A stretch of DNA of 64,000 nt from a bacterium (GCA_963674595.2 CAXXFV010000018.1:1-64000); one strand, 5' to 3'. Shown: positions 39,806 through 49,998, counted from the first letter of the stretch. The notes: generated by a model not told the origin, from the sequence alone. A program made the numbers and translations.

Positions 39806-40762
39806 TTATTTTTTATTGTCCCCGAATTTTATTGATGCCAAAACTCCAACCGCCAGTGCCGCACAAATAATGACCAGCGAAACCGTTACAGGAATATGAC
39901 AACAGAGCGACAGTATCATTTTCAGCCCTATATAGGCGAGAATAAAAATAAGGCTTAGCTTCAAATATTTGAACTTGTATATCAGCGAAGCCAGAACAAA
40001 ATACAAAGACCGGAGTCCGAGTATGGCAAAAACATTTGACGTAAAGATAAGATAGGGGTCCGTAGTAATGGCAAAAATCGCCGGAATAGAATCTACGGCA
40101 AAAACAACATCCATACTTTCAATTAAAAGTAACACAAGAAACAGGGGCGTAACAGCCGCAGCACCATTCATTTTCACAAAGAATTTTTCACCCTGAAAGT
40201 CTCCAGTTACCCGCATATATCGCCTGGCGAGTTTTAACAATACATTTTTTTCAGGGTGCACGCTTTCATCCTTTTTAAACAGCATTTTCACGGCCGTAAT
40301 GATCAGGAATACACCGAATACAATAATCATCCATGAAAAACGCTGCACCAGGGCTGTACCGAGCAGAATCATAAAACCCCGCATGATCAAAGCGCCCAAA
40401 ATGCCCCAGAACAAGACCCGGTGTTGATATAAAGCAGGTACCTGAAAATAGGAAAAAATCATGGCGATAACAAAAATATTGTCCAGACTGAGAGATTTTT
40501 CAACAAGATAACCGGTAAAAAAGAACAATGCCGCTGTTTTTCCGGACAGCGTTCCCGTCGCACTTGTTCCTATATGCAGCCAATGGTGCTGATAGGCAAA
40601 ATAGATAAAAACATTAAACAGCAACGCCAGAAAAATCCAAAACACTGTCCACAACAGCGCTTCACGGGTATGGATAACATGGGTTTTACGGTGAAATACC
40701 CCCAAATCCAGGGCCAGCAAAAGTACAACCAGAACTAAAAAACCGATCCAAAACAGCAGCAT
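39806..40762 (-). CDS. TerC/Alx-family membrane protein
   Basis: EKSLSLDNIFV, QHRVLFWGILGALIMRG, DVVFAVDSIPAIFAIT, TSNVFAILGLRSLYF. Confidence 0.93.
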   Translation of the reverse strand: MLLFWIGFLVLVVLLLALDLGVFHRKTHVIHTREALLWTVFWIFLALLFNVFIYFAYQHHWLHIGTSATGTLSGKTAALFFFTGYLVEKSLSLDNIFVIAMIFSYFQVPALYQHRVLFWGILGALIMRGFMILLGTALVQRFSWMIIVFGVFLIITAVKMLFKKDESVHPEKNVLLKLARRYMRVTGDFQGEKFFVKMNGAAAVTPLFLVLLLIESMDVVFAVDSIPAIFAITTDPYLIFTSNVFAILGLRSLYFVLASLIYKFKYLKLSLIFILAYIGLKMILSLCCHIPVTVSLVIICAALAVGVLASIKFGDNKK

Positions 40763-40783
40763 ATTTACTCCGAAAACATTTAG

Positions 40784-43015
40784 CTATTCTTCGATACTTA
40801 TTTTATGGCCGGCATGTACGAACAAGAGGTCCGGAATATTTTCAAAACTTTTGAAAAAAGCCCCGTTATCCTGCACTGACTTGGACACGGAAAAACCGGT
40901 AATAACCAAATCAGCATCCTGGGAATTTTCATTTACCAGGGCCTCAAAGGCCTTGATGCCTTTTTTAAAAGGCATTTTTTGGACATTGTTACGGGAAATA
41001 GGTATTCGCCCACGATCAATGAGCATATTTAAACGATTGACCTCTTTGGTCATATCTTCTTCATTAAAAGCGGCAAAAATGCTGATTTCGCACCCTTTCC
41101 AATCGTTTGAACCCATTAAAATATAGGCGAGCAAAATAATAAGGTTGGCATTGCTGTAATCACCGGGAGTCAGCCAAATGTGAATGGATTTGCGGTAACC
41201 AAAATGCCGTTCCGAAGAGCGCAGTACACAGATACTAAAATTAAGTGTGGCGGCGAACTGGCAGCCGTCGATGATATTTTGCAGCTCGCCGTTTTCATTG
41301 GGACGGAATTCAAAGAGAATGCTGTTATTTTCCATTCCAAAAACACCGGGCGCCTGAATGATCTGGGCAACAGCGGTTTTAAAACTGGGGGAAATAATCG
41401 TATCCGCATATATACTGGCTTCAGCGGCAATGCCCTGAGAAATCAGTTTATCCAGCAGTTTTTTTGCGTTTTCAGAATTCTCTTTTGTCAAAGGTCCTTT
41501 GATAAAATGAAAATAGGAACCGAAACCATAATAATGTGAAATCCAGCGTAAAAAATCATAAGGCGCAATTCTGTTAACCGTGTTGGATGAAATAGCAATA
41601 AATGAGGGTCGCCAGGAATCTGACTGTGATGTTGAACGGTTTCGTTGCATAAGAATATGAAGCTGACGGGTGATTTTAAATAAAACTCCTTTAAACACAT
41701 CGGTCAGATCGGTATCATCTTCCCGCACCTTTTTCAGTCCCAAATAAATCAATATCATAACCACCAAGGCTAAGAAAGCATAGGGGGCATGGATCTGAAA
41801 CATCATATAAAAAGACGCCACAGCGCCGATAAAGGATAAATACCATTTGGAACGAAAGGTCGGGCGGTAAGACGGACTACCGGCAAAATGTTCCAAAAAA
41901 CTGACCAGGCACAAGGTACCATAAGTAATTAAAAAGAACATACTAATGATCTGGGCGACAAAATCGACATTACCCAGTGCGACAAAAGTGAGAACAATAA
42001 TAGATGTTATTAATGTAGCGTTTACCGGTTCATTACTGTCGCCTTTACCGGCTTTTAGGAACTGATTAATTTTTCCAACAGGCCAAATCTCATCCGTAGA
42101 AAGGGCCTGCATGGTACGCGGGGCTATTAAAATTGAGCCGATAGCAGAAGAAATGGTTGCGGCAGCCAAACCAATAGGAATAATGGGTCCCCAGAGGGCT
42201 ATTTTACTCATGACGAGTTGATCGGCAGCCAGGGTATCGGGCGCGGCATTAGCGGACAGTTTGAGAACCACTAGTACATAAACAATCATACCGGTTAATG
42301 TGGCCGTCAATGTTCCGAGAGGTATAGACCGGCGGGGATTTTTTAAATCCCCGGACAATCCGACACCGGCCGTCATTCCGGTAAATGCCGGAAAAATAAT
42401 GGCAAACACTTTGGAAAAGTGGTCCGGATTGGTAATATGATTATAAAGTTCCAGATTCACATTTTGGTCTACCGAGCGTCCAAGAAAAAACGCCGCCAAA
42501 GAAACAGCCAAAAAAGCAACAACAACCCACAAAGCGGAAACGCCCAAATTTGCCCCTTTTTTTAAAATTAAAAGCAGCAGAATAATTGTAAAAGGGATGC
42601 TGATCATACGGGCATCCGGCGTTATACCGGTTACCTGTTGAAACCAGGCAAACAAGGGCGTAAAGGCCTGAGAAAAAGCAATCATATAAAATGCGACGGA
42701 TATGGCCTGGGACAAATAAAGCGTAATGCCGATAGCACCACCGATCCTGGCTCCAAAAGAACGACTGATAATAAAATACTCACCGCCTCCTTCGACTTTG
42801 AGATTGGTGGCAATTTCAGCGATGGCCAGGGCTGTTGGTATGGTAATGGCATGACCGATAAGTATTAAAAAAATAGCTCCCATAGCTCCGGTTTGAGCAA
42901 CAGCATAACCAAAACGCAGAAACAATATCGCGCCGAGAATGGTGCTGATGGCGGCTAAAAATACAGGGGCGGTTCCAAAACCGTGACCTTTTGACGGACT
43001 TGTATGATGTGTCAT
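40784..43015 (-). CDS. APC-superfamily permease, cation-chloride cotransporter (SLC12/CCC) homolog
   Basis: STILGAILFLRFG, IATN..VEGGGEYFIISRSFG, FPAFTGMTAG..LSGDLK.P..SIP.GT, WRP, long cytoplasmic C-domain. Confidence 0.88.
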   Translation of the reverse strand: MTHHTSPSKGHGFGTAPVFLAAISTILGAILFLRFGYAVAQTGAMGAIFLILIGHAITIPTALAIAEIATNLKVEGGGEYFIISRSFGARIGGAIGITLYLSQAISVAFYMIAFSQAFTPLFAWFQQVTGITPDARMISIPFTIILLLLILKKGANLGVSALWVVVAFLAVSLAAFFLGRSVDQNVNLELYNHITNPDHFSKVFAIIFPAFTGMTAGVGLSGDLKNPRRSIPLGTLTATLTGMIVYVLVVLKLSANAAPDTLAADQLVMSKIALWGPIIPIGLAAATISSAIGSILIAPRTMQALSTDEIWPVGKINQFLKAGKGDSNEPVNATLITSIIVLTFVALGNVDFVAQIISMFFLITYGTLCLVSFLEHFAGSPSYRPTFRSKWYLSFIGAVASFYMMFQIHAPYAFLALVVMILIYLGLKKVREDDTDLTDVFKGVLFKITRQLHILMQRNRSTSQSDSWRPSFIAISSNTVNRIAPYDFLRWISHYYGFGSYFHFIKGPLTKENSENAKKLLDKLISQGIAAEASIYADTIISPSFKTAVAQIIQAPGVFGMENNSILFEFRPNENGELQNIIDGCQFAATLNFSICVLRSSERHFGYRKSIHIWLTPGDYSNANLIILLAYILMGSNDWKGCEISIFAAFNEEDMTKEVNRLNMLIDRGRIPISRNNVQKMPFKKGIKAFEALVNENSQDADLVITGFSVSKSVQDNGAFFKSFENIPDLLFVHAGHKISIEE

Positions 43016-43029
43016 GATTCTTTCCTGTT

Positions 43030-43236
43030 CTATTCTTTAGTTTTAACAGAAAATACTTTAAACCGAATTAAAAGCCCGGTCCCCAAACCAAAAAGAAAAA
43101 AGAAAAGCAACAATAAAATACGAGGCATTTCCAAATGCCAAAACAGAATTTGAAATCGCATCATTTCTGTGTTTTGTAATAAAAGAATGCCTAAAAATAT
43201 TCCCACAACTATTAAAATAATTGATTTTACTTTCAT
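43030..43236 (-). CDS. Small LapA/DUF1049-like membrane protein
   Basis: MKVKSIILIVVGIFLGILLLQNTE...FW...P...G; start moved to ATG 43236. Confidence 0.7.
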   Translation of the reverse strand: MKVKSIILIVVGIFLGILLLQNTEMMRFQILFWHLEMPRILLLLFFFLFGLGTGLLIRFKVFSVKTKE

Positions 43237-43313
43237 TAGAAACTCCAAGTTAGAAAATATATAAAGAAAATATTGTAAAAAAATCCTAATGTCAATACCT
43301 GTCTGAAAAATGT

Positions 43314-44375
43314 TCACTCCATCCAGCCTAATCCCGGAATCTGGTTCGGATATAATACGCCGCTCTTTAACTGCACGGCACCATTTGACGGATCATCTAT
43401 CAGATCGAGATGCCCGTCTAAATCCGCATACAGGACATTTGGGCGGGCCAGAGCAAAATGCAATCCGGCTGCAATGCCCAGGGCACATTCATCCATGCAA
43501 CCCACCATCACTTCCAAACCGGCGGCTCTGGCAACACTGTTTATCTGCAACGCCTCGGAAATACCGCCAACTTTCATAAGCTTGATATTGGCCATATCAG
43601 CAAAATTACCCTTTGCCAGACGAAAAGCATCGCGGAGGTTCATTAAACTTTCATCAGCCATAATCGGCAGCATAACTTTGTTGGTTACCTGACCGAGTAA
43701 ATCATATTTATCACGAGGTGTCGGTTGTTCCATCAACTCGAGTTTGGCGGATTTTGTCTGCTCAATAAACAAGATTGTATCCTCAACACTGTATCCCTGA
43801 TTGGCATCAAACCGCAATTCAATTTGTTTGCCGATGGCTTCACGGACTTTTAAAACACGCTCAACATCCTGTTCAACATCTATTCCCCCCTTAATTTTTA
43901 TGGCCTTAAAACCCATTCTTTTATATTCGGCTGCTTTATATACGGCCTGAGAAGTTGAACCTATGCCTATTGTCACACTGGTCATTATGCTTTTTCGAAA
44001 ACCGCCGATGAGTAAATATACAGGTAAACCGGCAGTTTTACCAAGAATATCAAACAATGCCATGTCAACCATGGAAAAAACCGAAGGCTGATCGACAATA
44101 TTTTTTTTCAACTGCTCCAAAATAAACGCAATCCGTAACGGGTCCTGATTTATCAACAGAGGCTCTACCATGTTCTGACATGTTTGCATTACAGAAACCG
44201 CGTCTTCACCGGTTACTTTTTCATCCGGAGCGGCACACCCGTAACCTGTAATATTTTTATCTGTTATGATCCTACAAAAAATATTAACCGATTTATCAAT
44301 CGACTCATAGGCAATTTTGTATGGTTCGGCAAGTTTCATTTCCACTGGCCAAAATTCAACGGCTTTTATTTTCAT
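43314..44375 (-). CDS. Enolase-superfamily dipeptide epimerase / N-acyl-amino-acid racemase (AEE/DgcA-like)
   Basis: KIK catalytic motif, DANQG, EQP, ADES, NIKLMKVGG, DLDG; start moved to ATG 44375. Confidence 0.9.
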   Translation of the reverse strand: MKIKAVEFWPVEMKLAEPYKIAYESIDKSVNIFCRIITDKNITGYGCAAPDEKVTGEDAVSVMQTCQNMVEPLLINQDPLRIAFILEQLKKNIVDQPSVFSMVDMALFDILGKTAGLPVYLLIGGFRKSIMTSVTIGIGSTSQAVYKAAEYKRMGFKAIKIKGGIDVEQDVERVLKVREAIGKQIELRFDANQGYSVEDTILFIEQTKSAKLELMEQPTPRDKYDLLGQVTNKVMLPIMADESLMNLRDAFRLAKGNFADMANIKLMKVGGISEALQINSVARAAGLEVMVGCMDECALGIAAGLHFALARPNVLYADLDGHLDLIDDPSNGAVQLKSGVLYPNQIPGLGWME

Positions 44376-44394
44376 AACTTTCTCAAATAAATAA

Positions 44395-46734
44395 TTAATA
44401 TCGACGTTGATATAGTTGATCAAGTGATATACTTTTTAAATCTTCGATCAAAGTGACAAGGTGCGCTATCATTACTTTCCAGATTTTTTCACCCTTTTCC
44501 GGACTGGCAATAGTAGGATCACCCATAACACCACTTTCGGAAATTTTATTTGTATAGGCGTGCCATGAAATACCACGTTGGGATGAAAAATTTAAATACC
44601 GGCTGGAAAACTCGGGAACAAGTTTAACAGCTCGTTCCATTTTGACCAAATCCGGCCGGATGGCAAGGGAAGTGCTGGTCTCTATTTCACCGGCATGGAC
44701 ATCATTTGGTGTTTCGGTAATTTTTTCAATATCAACATCACTTGTCTCTCCGCTATCTACGGCGATAAAAATTCGGGCATCCTTGTTTATCATTTGCGCC
44801 GCATAATTTAAAGCCGGATCATTACCGCCGTGGCCGTTTATAATAACCAGCTTTTTAATTCCGTCTTTGGCCACACTCATACCAATTTCATAAACCAATC
44901 GAGACAACGTGTCATTACTAATCGCAATGGTCCCTGGAAATTCATTATGATGATATGAAACACCAAAGGATATAACCGGCAGTACAAAGGGTTTGGGATG
45001 GCTGCATGCCTCTGCCACTCTTTTGGCGAGATACTCGGCGTCGAACGCATCGGTGTCCAGCGGTAAATGAGGTCCATGCTGCTCAACAGCACCGACAGGC
45101 AGCAAAGCGATGTCAACCCGTTCAAGTCTTTTTTTTGCTTCAGGCCAGGAAAGCTCACCCCATAAAAACGATAAATCAGAATCATCAATTTCCATCTCGT
45201 TTATAGATTTGCGACGGTTGGTTGATAATTCAAAAGGATACAATTTATGTAAATCAGGATCGTTTTCCAAATCAATGTCAATCCATTTACGATTTGCACG
45301 TTTTACAGTCCCTTCAACGTATTCAAGAAAAATGTTAAACAAGGGATTTCTTAAATCGTTTGGAATGGTATCAAATGGTGATTTTTCATTATCGAATCTC
45401 AATTTTAAAATTTCATAACAGGGTTTCGTTTTATTCACAGCCTCTACAAAATTTTGCTGCTGGAGCATGAATAATAAATGATTTTTACCCTCATCTTCCT
45501 GATGGAGGTCTTTGGTTTGTATTTCCTCAAGGCAACGATCTATTTGCTCCTGAGTATAACCACTCTGCTTCGGATCAGCTCCAATTGCCGTCAACATGGC
45601 AACGATACGGCGGCATTTTTCACATTTGCCGCAGGGATAAAAACGGTCGTCTTTCTGATGAGCAGCATGACAGGACATTTGCATCTTTTGAAGATTGGGA
45701 TATCGTGCTGTTAAAATCTTTTCAACCAATAACTCGGAAAGCGGACGAAGTATGGAAAATTGATTAAAAGACCAGCCTTTTTTTAAATAATAACGCGATA
45801 GATAGGAATCAAAATAACGGCTTTGATCATATAAACCATCATAATGAGCAATCTGTTTATATTTGGCTTTAACACTGGTATCAAATTCGTCACCGATAAC
45901 AAGACGTCCGATTTGATATTTACGTAAAAGCGGAACAGCGCCGAAAAGAAAAACAGCAACGGTCCACAGCCGAATCGGATAGTCATCAGAACGAACAGCG
46001 GTAAAATCCTGACGAATAAAAGGCAAATGTCTCAACATCCAGTTAAAAACGCGGTCGGAATTTGTCCAGACTCTTTTGGTGTTTTCAATTTTTTCCGAAA
46101 AATGGCGAAAAGCATTCAAAGCTGTAAACCAGTGCCTGCCGGATTCATTAATAAATATGGGAAAAACCTGTTTACCAATTTCATCCAACAATCCATAAGA
46201 AAAAAGACTTTCCTTTCCCCCGCTTGAAAGTACGGCATGTTTGTTTTTATCGGTTTCCCACAGGTTCCATTTGGTGCTTTTACGTCCTTCGGTTTCTTCA
46301 AATTCGATAACAGCCTGATTAAAATCCAAGGGTTTATGGTACTCTACTACAAAATCTTTAATCAGGAACGAATTTGGCTGCAGGATTTTTTTAACATATA
46401 TTTCTCGTGCTGTGTTTTCAACAGCTTCTTTAATCATTTTTTGATCCAGATCATCATAAACACCGGAAAACACAATTTTTTTACAAAATAGTCCGTAATT
46501 TACCGCAACCTGGGCGGCAATCATGGCCGCAATATTTTGAGATCCGGGATCATCCGGTTCAAAAACATCTTCATGATAACTGTAAATCAACTCAATTTGA
46601 TCGATTTGGTCCTTTGTTTTAACCTGGTATGGGGCGCTTAACCGTTTTTTGTCAATGGTCACAGGGCCAATTTTTAGTTCATCGATTACAACAAGTTTAG
46701 ACAATGGATTTATATTTTGATCTAATTCATTCAT
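44395..46734 (-). CDS. Fusion: PP-loop/MurL-like ATP-binding domain + creatininase-family amidohydrolase
   Basis: N-terminal LSSGGKES, FSILRPLSEL, SCH...CGKCEKC; C-terminal PVGAVEQHGPHLPLDTD, NGHGGN, HAGEIETS. Confidence 0.8.
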   Translation of the reverse strand: MNELDQNINPLSKLVVIDELKIGPVTIDKKRLSAPYQVKTKDQIDQIELIYSYHEDVFEPDDPGSQNIAAMIAAQVAVNYGLFCKKIVFSGVYDDLDQKMIKEAVENTAREIYVKKILQPNSFLIKDFVVEYHKPLDFNQAVIEFEETEGRKSTKWNLWETDKNKHAVLSSGGKESLFSYGLLDEIGKQVFPIFINESGRHWFTALNAFRHFSEKIENTKRVWTNSDRVFNWMLRHLPFIRQDFTAVRSDDYPIRLWTVAVFLFGAVPLLRKYQIGRLVIGDEFDTSVKAKYKQIAHYDGLYDQSRYFDSYLSRYYLKKGWSFNQFSILRPLSELLVEKILTARYPNLQKMQMSCHAAHQKDDRFYPCGKCEKCRRIVAMLTAIGADPKQSGYTQEQIDRCLEEIQTKDLHQEDEGKNHLLFMLQQQNFVEAVNKTKPCYEILKLRFDNEKSPFDTIPNDLRNPLFNIFLEYVEGTVKRANRKWIDIDLENDPDLHKLYPFELSTNRRKSINEMEIDDSDLSFLWGELSWPEAKKRLERVDIALLPVGAVEQHGPHLPLDTDAFDAEYLAKRVAEACSHPKPFVLPVISFGVSYHHNEFPGTIAISNDTLSRLVYEIGMSVAKDGIKKLVIINGHGGNDPALNYAAQMINKDARIFIAVDSGETSDVDIEKITETPNDVHAGEIETSTSLAIRPDLVKMERAVKLVPEFSSRYLNFSSQRGISWHAYTNKISESGVMGDPTIASPEKGEKIWKVMIAHLVTLIEDLKSISLDQLYQRRY

Positions 46735-47804
46735 CTTGAATCTTTTCCTGATGTTAAACCTACCAACAAGCCTGCCAAATCATCTGCTCCATTAAAAAGA
46801 ACATCAAAACAGGGAACACCCAGAGTCGTTTCCAGGGTAGAGCAAATGACGTCTATTTTATTGATCTCTAAATTTTCATGATTAATGGTTATTGCAGCAA
46901 CAGGTTTCCCGGACAATATTTCTACGGCCTGTATTTGTCGGGGTAACGGATGAATTTTAAATCCGGGAAAACCATCATACTCATGTCGTCCGGGGGCATG
47001 CTGCAGCACAATGACATCCGGCTGCCCTGCTGCAATGATTTCCAGTCCACCCGGATAAGCGGGATTCATCAGACTCCCCTGCCCTTCTATAACAATCACA
47101 TCCGGTTTTTCAGATTCCCAGGCGCTCCATATCTGGTGCTCTATTTCACCGGTGACAAAATCATTCACAATCGAATCCAGAATAACGCTATATTTTGCAC
47201 CCTGCATCCAGGCTGTTTGTCCTGTTCCAATCATGCAGGTATTGGCACCCACTTTTTGCAAGGCATGGACCAGCAGCCAGGCTGTGGTTCTTTTGCCAAT
47301 AGCGGAATCCGTACCCAGGACGGCTACTTTTAAACAGGGTATTTTTCGCCCGGCATAAAAATGTAAATTCTCACGACTGGGCGGTTTTCGTACGTCTCGT
47401 AATATGATATTATTCTCTCGGGCTAATCTAACAAGTTCAGGATCATCAGATAAAAAATCATGCAATCCGCAATCGATATTCAAACCATATTTTATGGCCT
47501 TTTTAATGACATCCTTGTCTTTTTCCTGCAAGCGGCCGCCGTCCGGAGCCAGACCGATGACAAAATGGCTCACATTTTTATTTTTAGAATATTCCAACGC
47601 TTGTTCCAGGGAGCCGAGGACGGGGGTATTATTTTTTTTATTATCCAGGACCATGCCGGAATCCTGTCCCGAATAATTTGAATCAATAACCGATTCAACA
47701 ATATACCTGGATGTATATCGTACCAATCCATGAGCGGTTTTTCCGTTTGGTGTGTTAAAGGCGTCCTGGCAATAGACTATTGCGTTGCCGTCCAGAGGCT
47801 TCAT
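46731..47804 (-). CDS. DUF1611-family protein (DgcN-like D-glutamate N-acetyltransferase homolog)
   Basis: GKTAHGLVR, GLAPDGG, GLHDFL, GTDSAIGKRTT, GTGQT, IEGQGSL..P. Confidence 0.88.
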   Translation of the reverse strand: MKPLDGNAIVYCQDAFNTPNGKTAHGLVRYTSRYIVESVIDSNYSGQDSGMVLDNKKNNTPVLGSLEQALEYSKNKNVSHFVIGLAPDGGRLQEKDKDVIKKAIKYGLNIDCGLHDFLSDDPELVRLARENNIILRDVRKPPSRENLHFYAGRKIPCLKVAVLGTDSAIGKRTTAWLLVHALQKVGANTCMIGTGQTAWMQGAKYSVILDSIVNDFVTGEIEHQIWSAWESEKPDVIVIEGQGSLMNPAYPGGLEIIAAGQPDVIVLQHAPGRHEYDGFPGFKIHPLPRQIQAVEILSGKPVAAITINHENLEINKIDVICSTLETTLGVPCFDVLFNGADDLAGLLVGLTSGKDSR

Positions 47805-48883
47805 GACTTTCTCCCAGTTAAAATAATTACATATCGATCATTTGGCAGCGAATTGATTTTCATAAATTCCAATAAAGCCACCAGTCCGGCTGTTGACGCC
47901 GGTAACACGTGCAGACCTTCTCGTTCTCTTAAAAGTTTTGAAAACTGCAACAACTTTTTATCCGAGGCATTAATGGCCCATCCCTGAGAGGCATAGATAG
48001 CGTCTAAAGATACATCACCATCAAAAGAGTGCCAGTTAATAAGCGGTTCATTTATTTTTGTCTCTTTAATTTGGTCAGGTACAAGATTTTCACAATACTC
48101 CTTTTTGTCGATGAATGCCTGAACAATGGGATTTTTGTTCAGAGAGGAACCAGCTATCATTTTGGGGATACGGGAAGTTTTCCCTCGTCGATACAAACTC
48201 AAAAAACCTTTATAAATACCGGCCAGTGTCGTTCCGTTTGATACCGGAACAGCACAGGCAAAAGGGGCGTCTCTTAGTTCATCATAAATTTCATAGGCAA
48301 TTTCACCATAAGCTTGCAGCTGAATGGCTGTATTGGCGCCTCCCGGATTCGCATCATAAACTTCCTCTTTTTCAGCTATTGAACGGGAAATATCAACTGC
48401 ATTTTCATAATCACCCTCTATACGAATTATCTCAGCACCCAGGTCGGTTATCTCTTTAATACGATTGGTATGATAATTTTTAGGAATATAGATCAAACAT
48501 TTTAATCCTGCCATGGAAGCCGCCATAGCTATAGCACTTCCATAATTGCCGCATGTTGCTACGGTAATAGCGTCATATCCCCGGCGCACTGCATCCATTG
48601 CCTGGCTAAAGGCGATCCTGTCTTTTTGTGTTCCGGTTGGATTGCTTCCTTCAAATTTCAAGTATAACTGCCGGAACGAGATTTCTCGCTCGATGTTTCT
48701 GGCGCGAACAAGGGTTGTATCACCAACAGCGGACTCGAAAATATCCTCAAAAGCTTCAAGACGTTCCAGTAAAGGATATTCCTTGTTGGCGGCAATTTTT
48801 TGTAAAGGCTCGGCCTCCTGAGCGAGTTCCTGTATATCACCGTTCGCTCCGTCCAGCAAATTATTTAAAACGAATGGGGTCAT
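47801..48883 (-). CDS. Fold-type II PLP enzyme, threonine-synthase-like (not the housekeeping ThrC)
   Basis: LKFEGSNPTGTQKDR PLP-lysine, ATCGNYG, PVSNGTTLAG, ILTG. Confidence 0.85.
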   Translation of the reverse strand: MTPFVLNNLLDGANGDIQELAQEAEPLQKIAANKEYPLLERLEAFEDIFESAVGDTTLVRARNIEREISFRQLYLKFEGSNPTGTQKDRIAFSQAMDAVRRGYDAITVATCGNYGSAIAMAASMAGLKCLIYIPKNYHTNRIKEITDLGAEIIRIEGDYENAVDISRSIAEKEEVYDANPGGANTAIQLQAYGEIAYEIYDELRDAPFACAVPVSNGTTLAGIYKGFLSLYRRGKTSRIPKMIAGSSLNKNPIVQAFIDKKEYCENLVPDQIKETKINEPLINWHSFDGDVSLDAIYASQGWAINASDKKLLQFSKLLREREGLHVLPASTAGLVALLEFMKINSLPNDRYVIILTGRKS

Positions 48884-48893
48884 CTTTTATACC

Positions 48894-49514
48894 TTATTTG
48901 TTATCAACAATTTTTGCATAATTAAGTTCTTTTTTGGGAATCGGGTAAATTTTACTGACAAATCCAACATCTTCAACTGTATAAAAAGCATTTGGATTGA
49001 ATTCTTTAATAATTGAAATAATACTTTTTAATTCCCGACGTTTAATAACCATAAAAATAACACGAACGGGTCCCAGATTACCAAAAGCTGGAACATCCGT
49101 AACAACCTGTCCCAAATCTCTCAATTTGCTTACCAGTAAAGTACCTTCCTTTGCAGTGATCACACGTATCATGGACATACCCATTGCCAGTTTGTTTTCT
49201 ATTTTCATTCCGGACCAGTTTCCTACAGCATAACCCAGTGCATAGGCTAAATAATTTAGCGGATTCTCCAAATTTTTCACTACATGACTGATAATAACAA
49301 GCCATAACAGTATTTCTATAAAACCGATGATTGAAGCCAGGTATTTTTTATTCTTTGATACAAAAACAATCCGCATTGTGGCCAATGCAACATCAATTAT
49401 TTTTGCTATAAAAATTAATAAAGGATAGACAACCCAGGATAGTATTTCATGCTCTTGCACGGGCTCACTCACTTCCTTGTCTTGAGCATTTGTTTGGTAA
49501 AATTCGTCAAACAA
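48894..49514 (-). CDS. UPF0316/DUF2179-family membrane protein
   Basis: IDVALATMRI, GFIEILLW, YALGYAVG, NPNAFYTVED; start codon uncertain. Confidence 0.85.
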   Translation of the reverse strand: MFDEFYQTNAQDKEVSEPVQEHEILSWVVYPLLIFIAKIIDVALATMRIVFVSKNKKYLASIIGFIEILLWLVIISHVVKNLENPLNYLAYALGYAVGNWSGMKIENKLAMGMSMIRVITAKEGTLLVSKLRDLGQVVTDVPAFGNLGPVRVIFMVIKRRELKSIISIIKEFNPNAFYTVEDVGFVSKIYPIPKKELNYAKIVDNK

Positions 49515-49583
49515 ACGCTATGTAAAAAAATTAAATGTCATAATTAATTACCTTTTAAAAATTAAAATCCCCCTAATCATAAT

Positions 49584-49961
49584 TTAAAGAGTTGTTTCTT
49601 CTTCCGATTCTTCTTCTGAACTGATTATTGTATATTTATTTACATCAATCCATAAATTGCCGTCTTCATCTGTCTTTACCGTGCCTACAGCCTTGACCTT
49701 TTTGTCAATGTAATTAAACAACTCTTTACCTTTTTCCGTATCTCCGATAATGTAATCAACAACTTCCGTATCATCTTCAGATTCTACAGTAACGGAAATT
49801 GCAATTCCGATGACATTATCATTATCATCCCACTCTATCGCGGAAATGACGCCGGTTATGGTTTTCTCAGATTGATCTGAGCAGAGTCCTTTATTAACAA
49901 AAAGTGTTAATCCACAAAAAACGAAAAGAACAGCGACAGCTTTTTTAAATGAATTGCTCAT
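49584..49961 (-). CDS. Secreted acidic hypothetical protein (small beta-barrel-like)
   Basis: RBS AAGGAG + ATG 49961, signal peptide; similar to the adjacent ORF. Confidence 0.75.
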   Translation of the reverse strand: MSNSFKKAVAVLFVFCGLTLFVNKGLCSDQSEKTITGVISAIEWDDNDNVIGIAISVTVESEDDTEVVDYIIGDTEKGKELFNYIDKKVKAVGTVKTDEDGNLWIDVNKYTIISSEEESEEETTL

Positions 49962-49998
49962 TTTAGACTCCTTAAAGTTTTTAGAACCCATTAATTAA

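Noticed and set aside
40763-40783. yybP-ykoY Mn riboswitch upstream of terC
   Set aside because: Only 21 bp separate terC from the upstream gene.
49518-49520. Pyrrolysine or other stop-codon recoding at the in-frame TAG
   Set aside because: No pyl genes in view, TAG terminates several other genes here normally, and the position is in a non-conserved leader.
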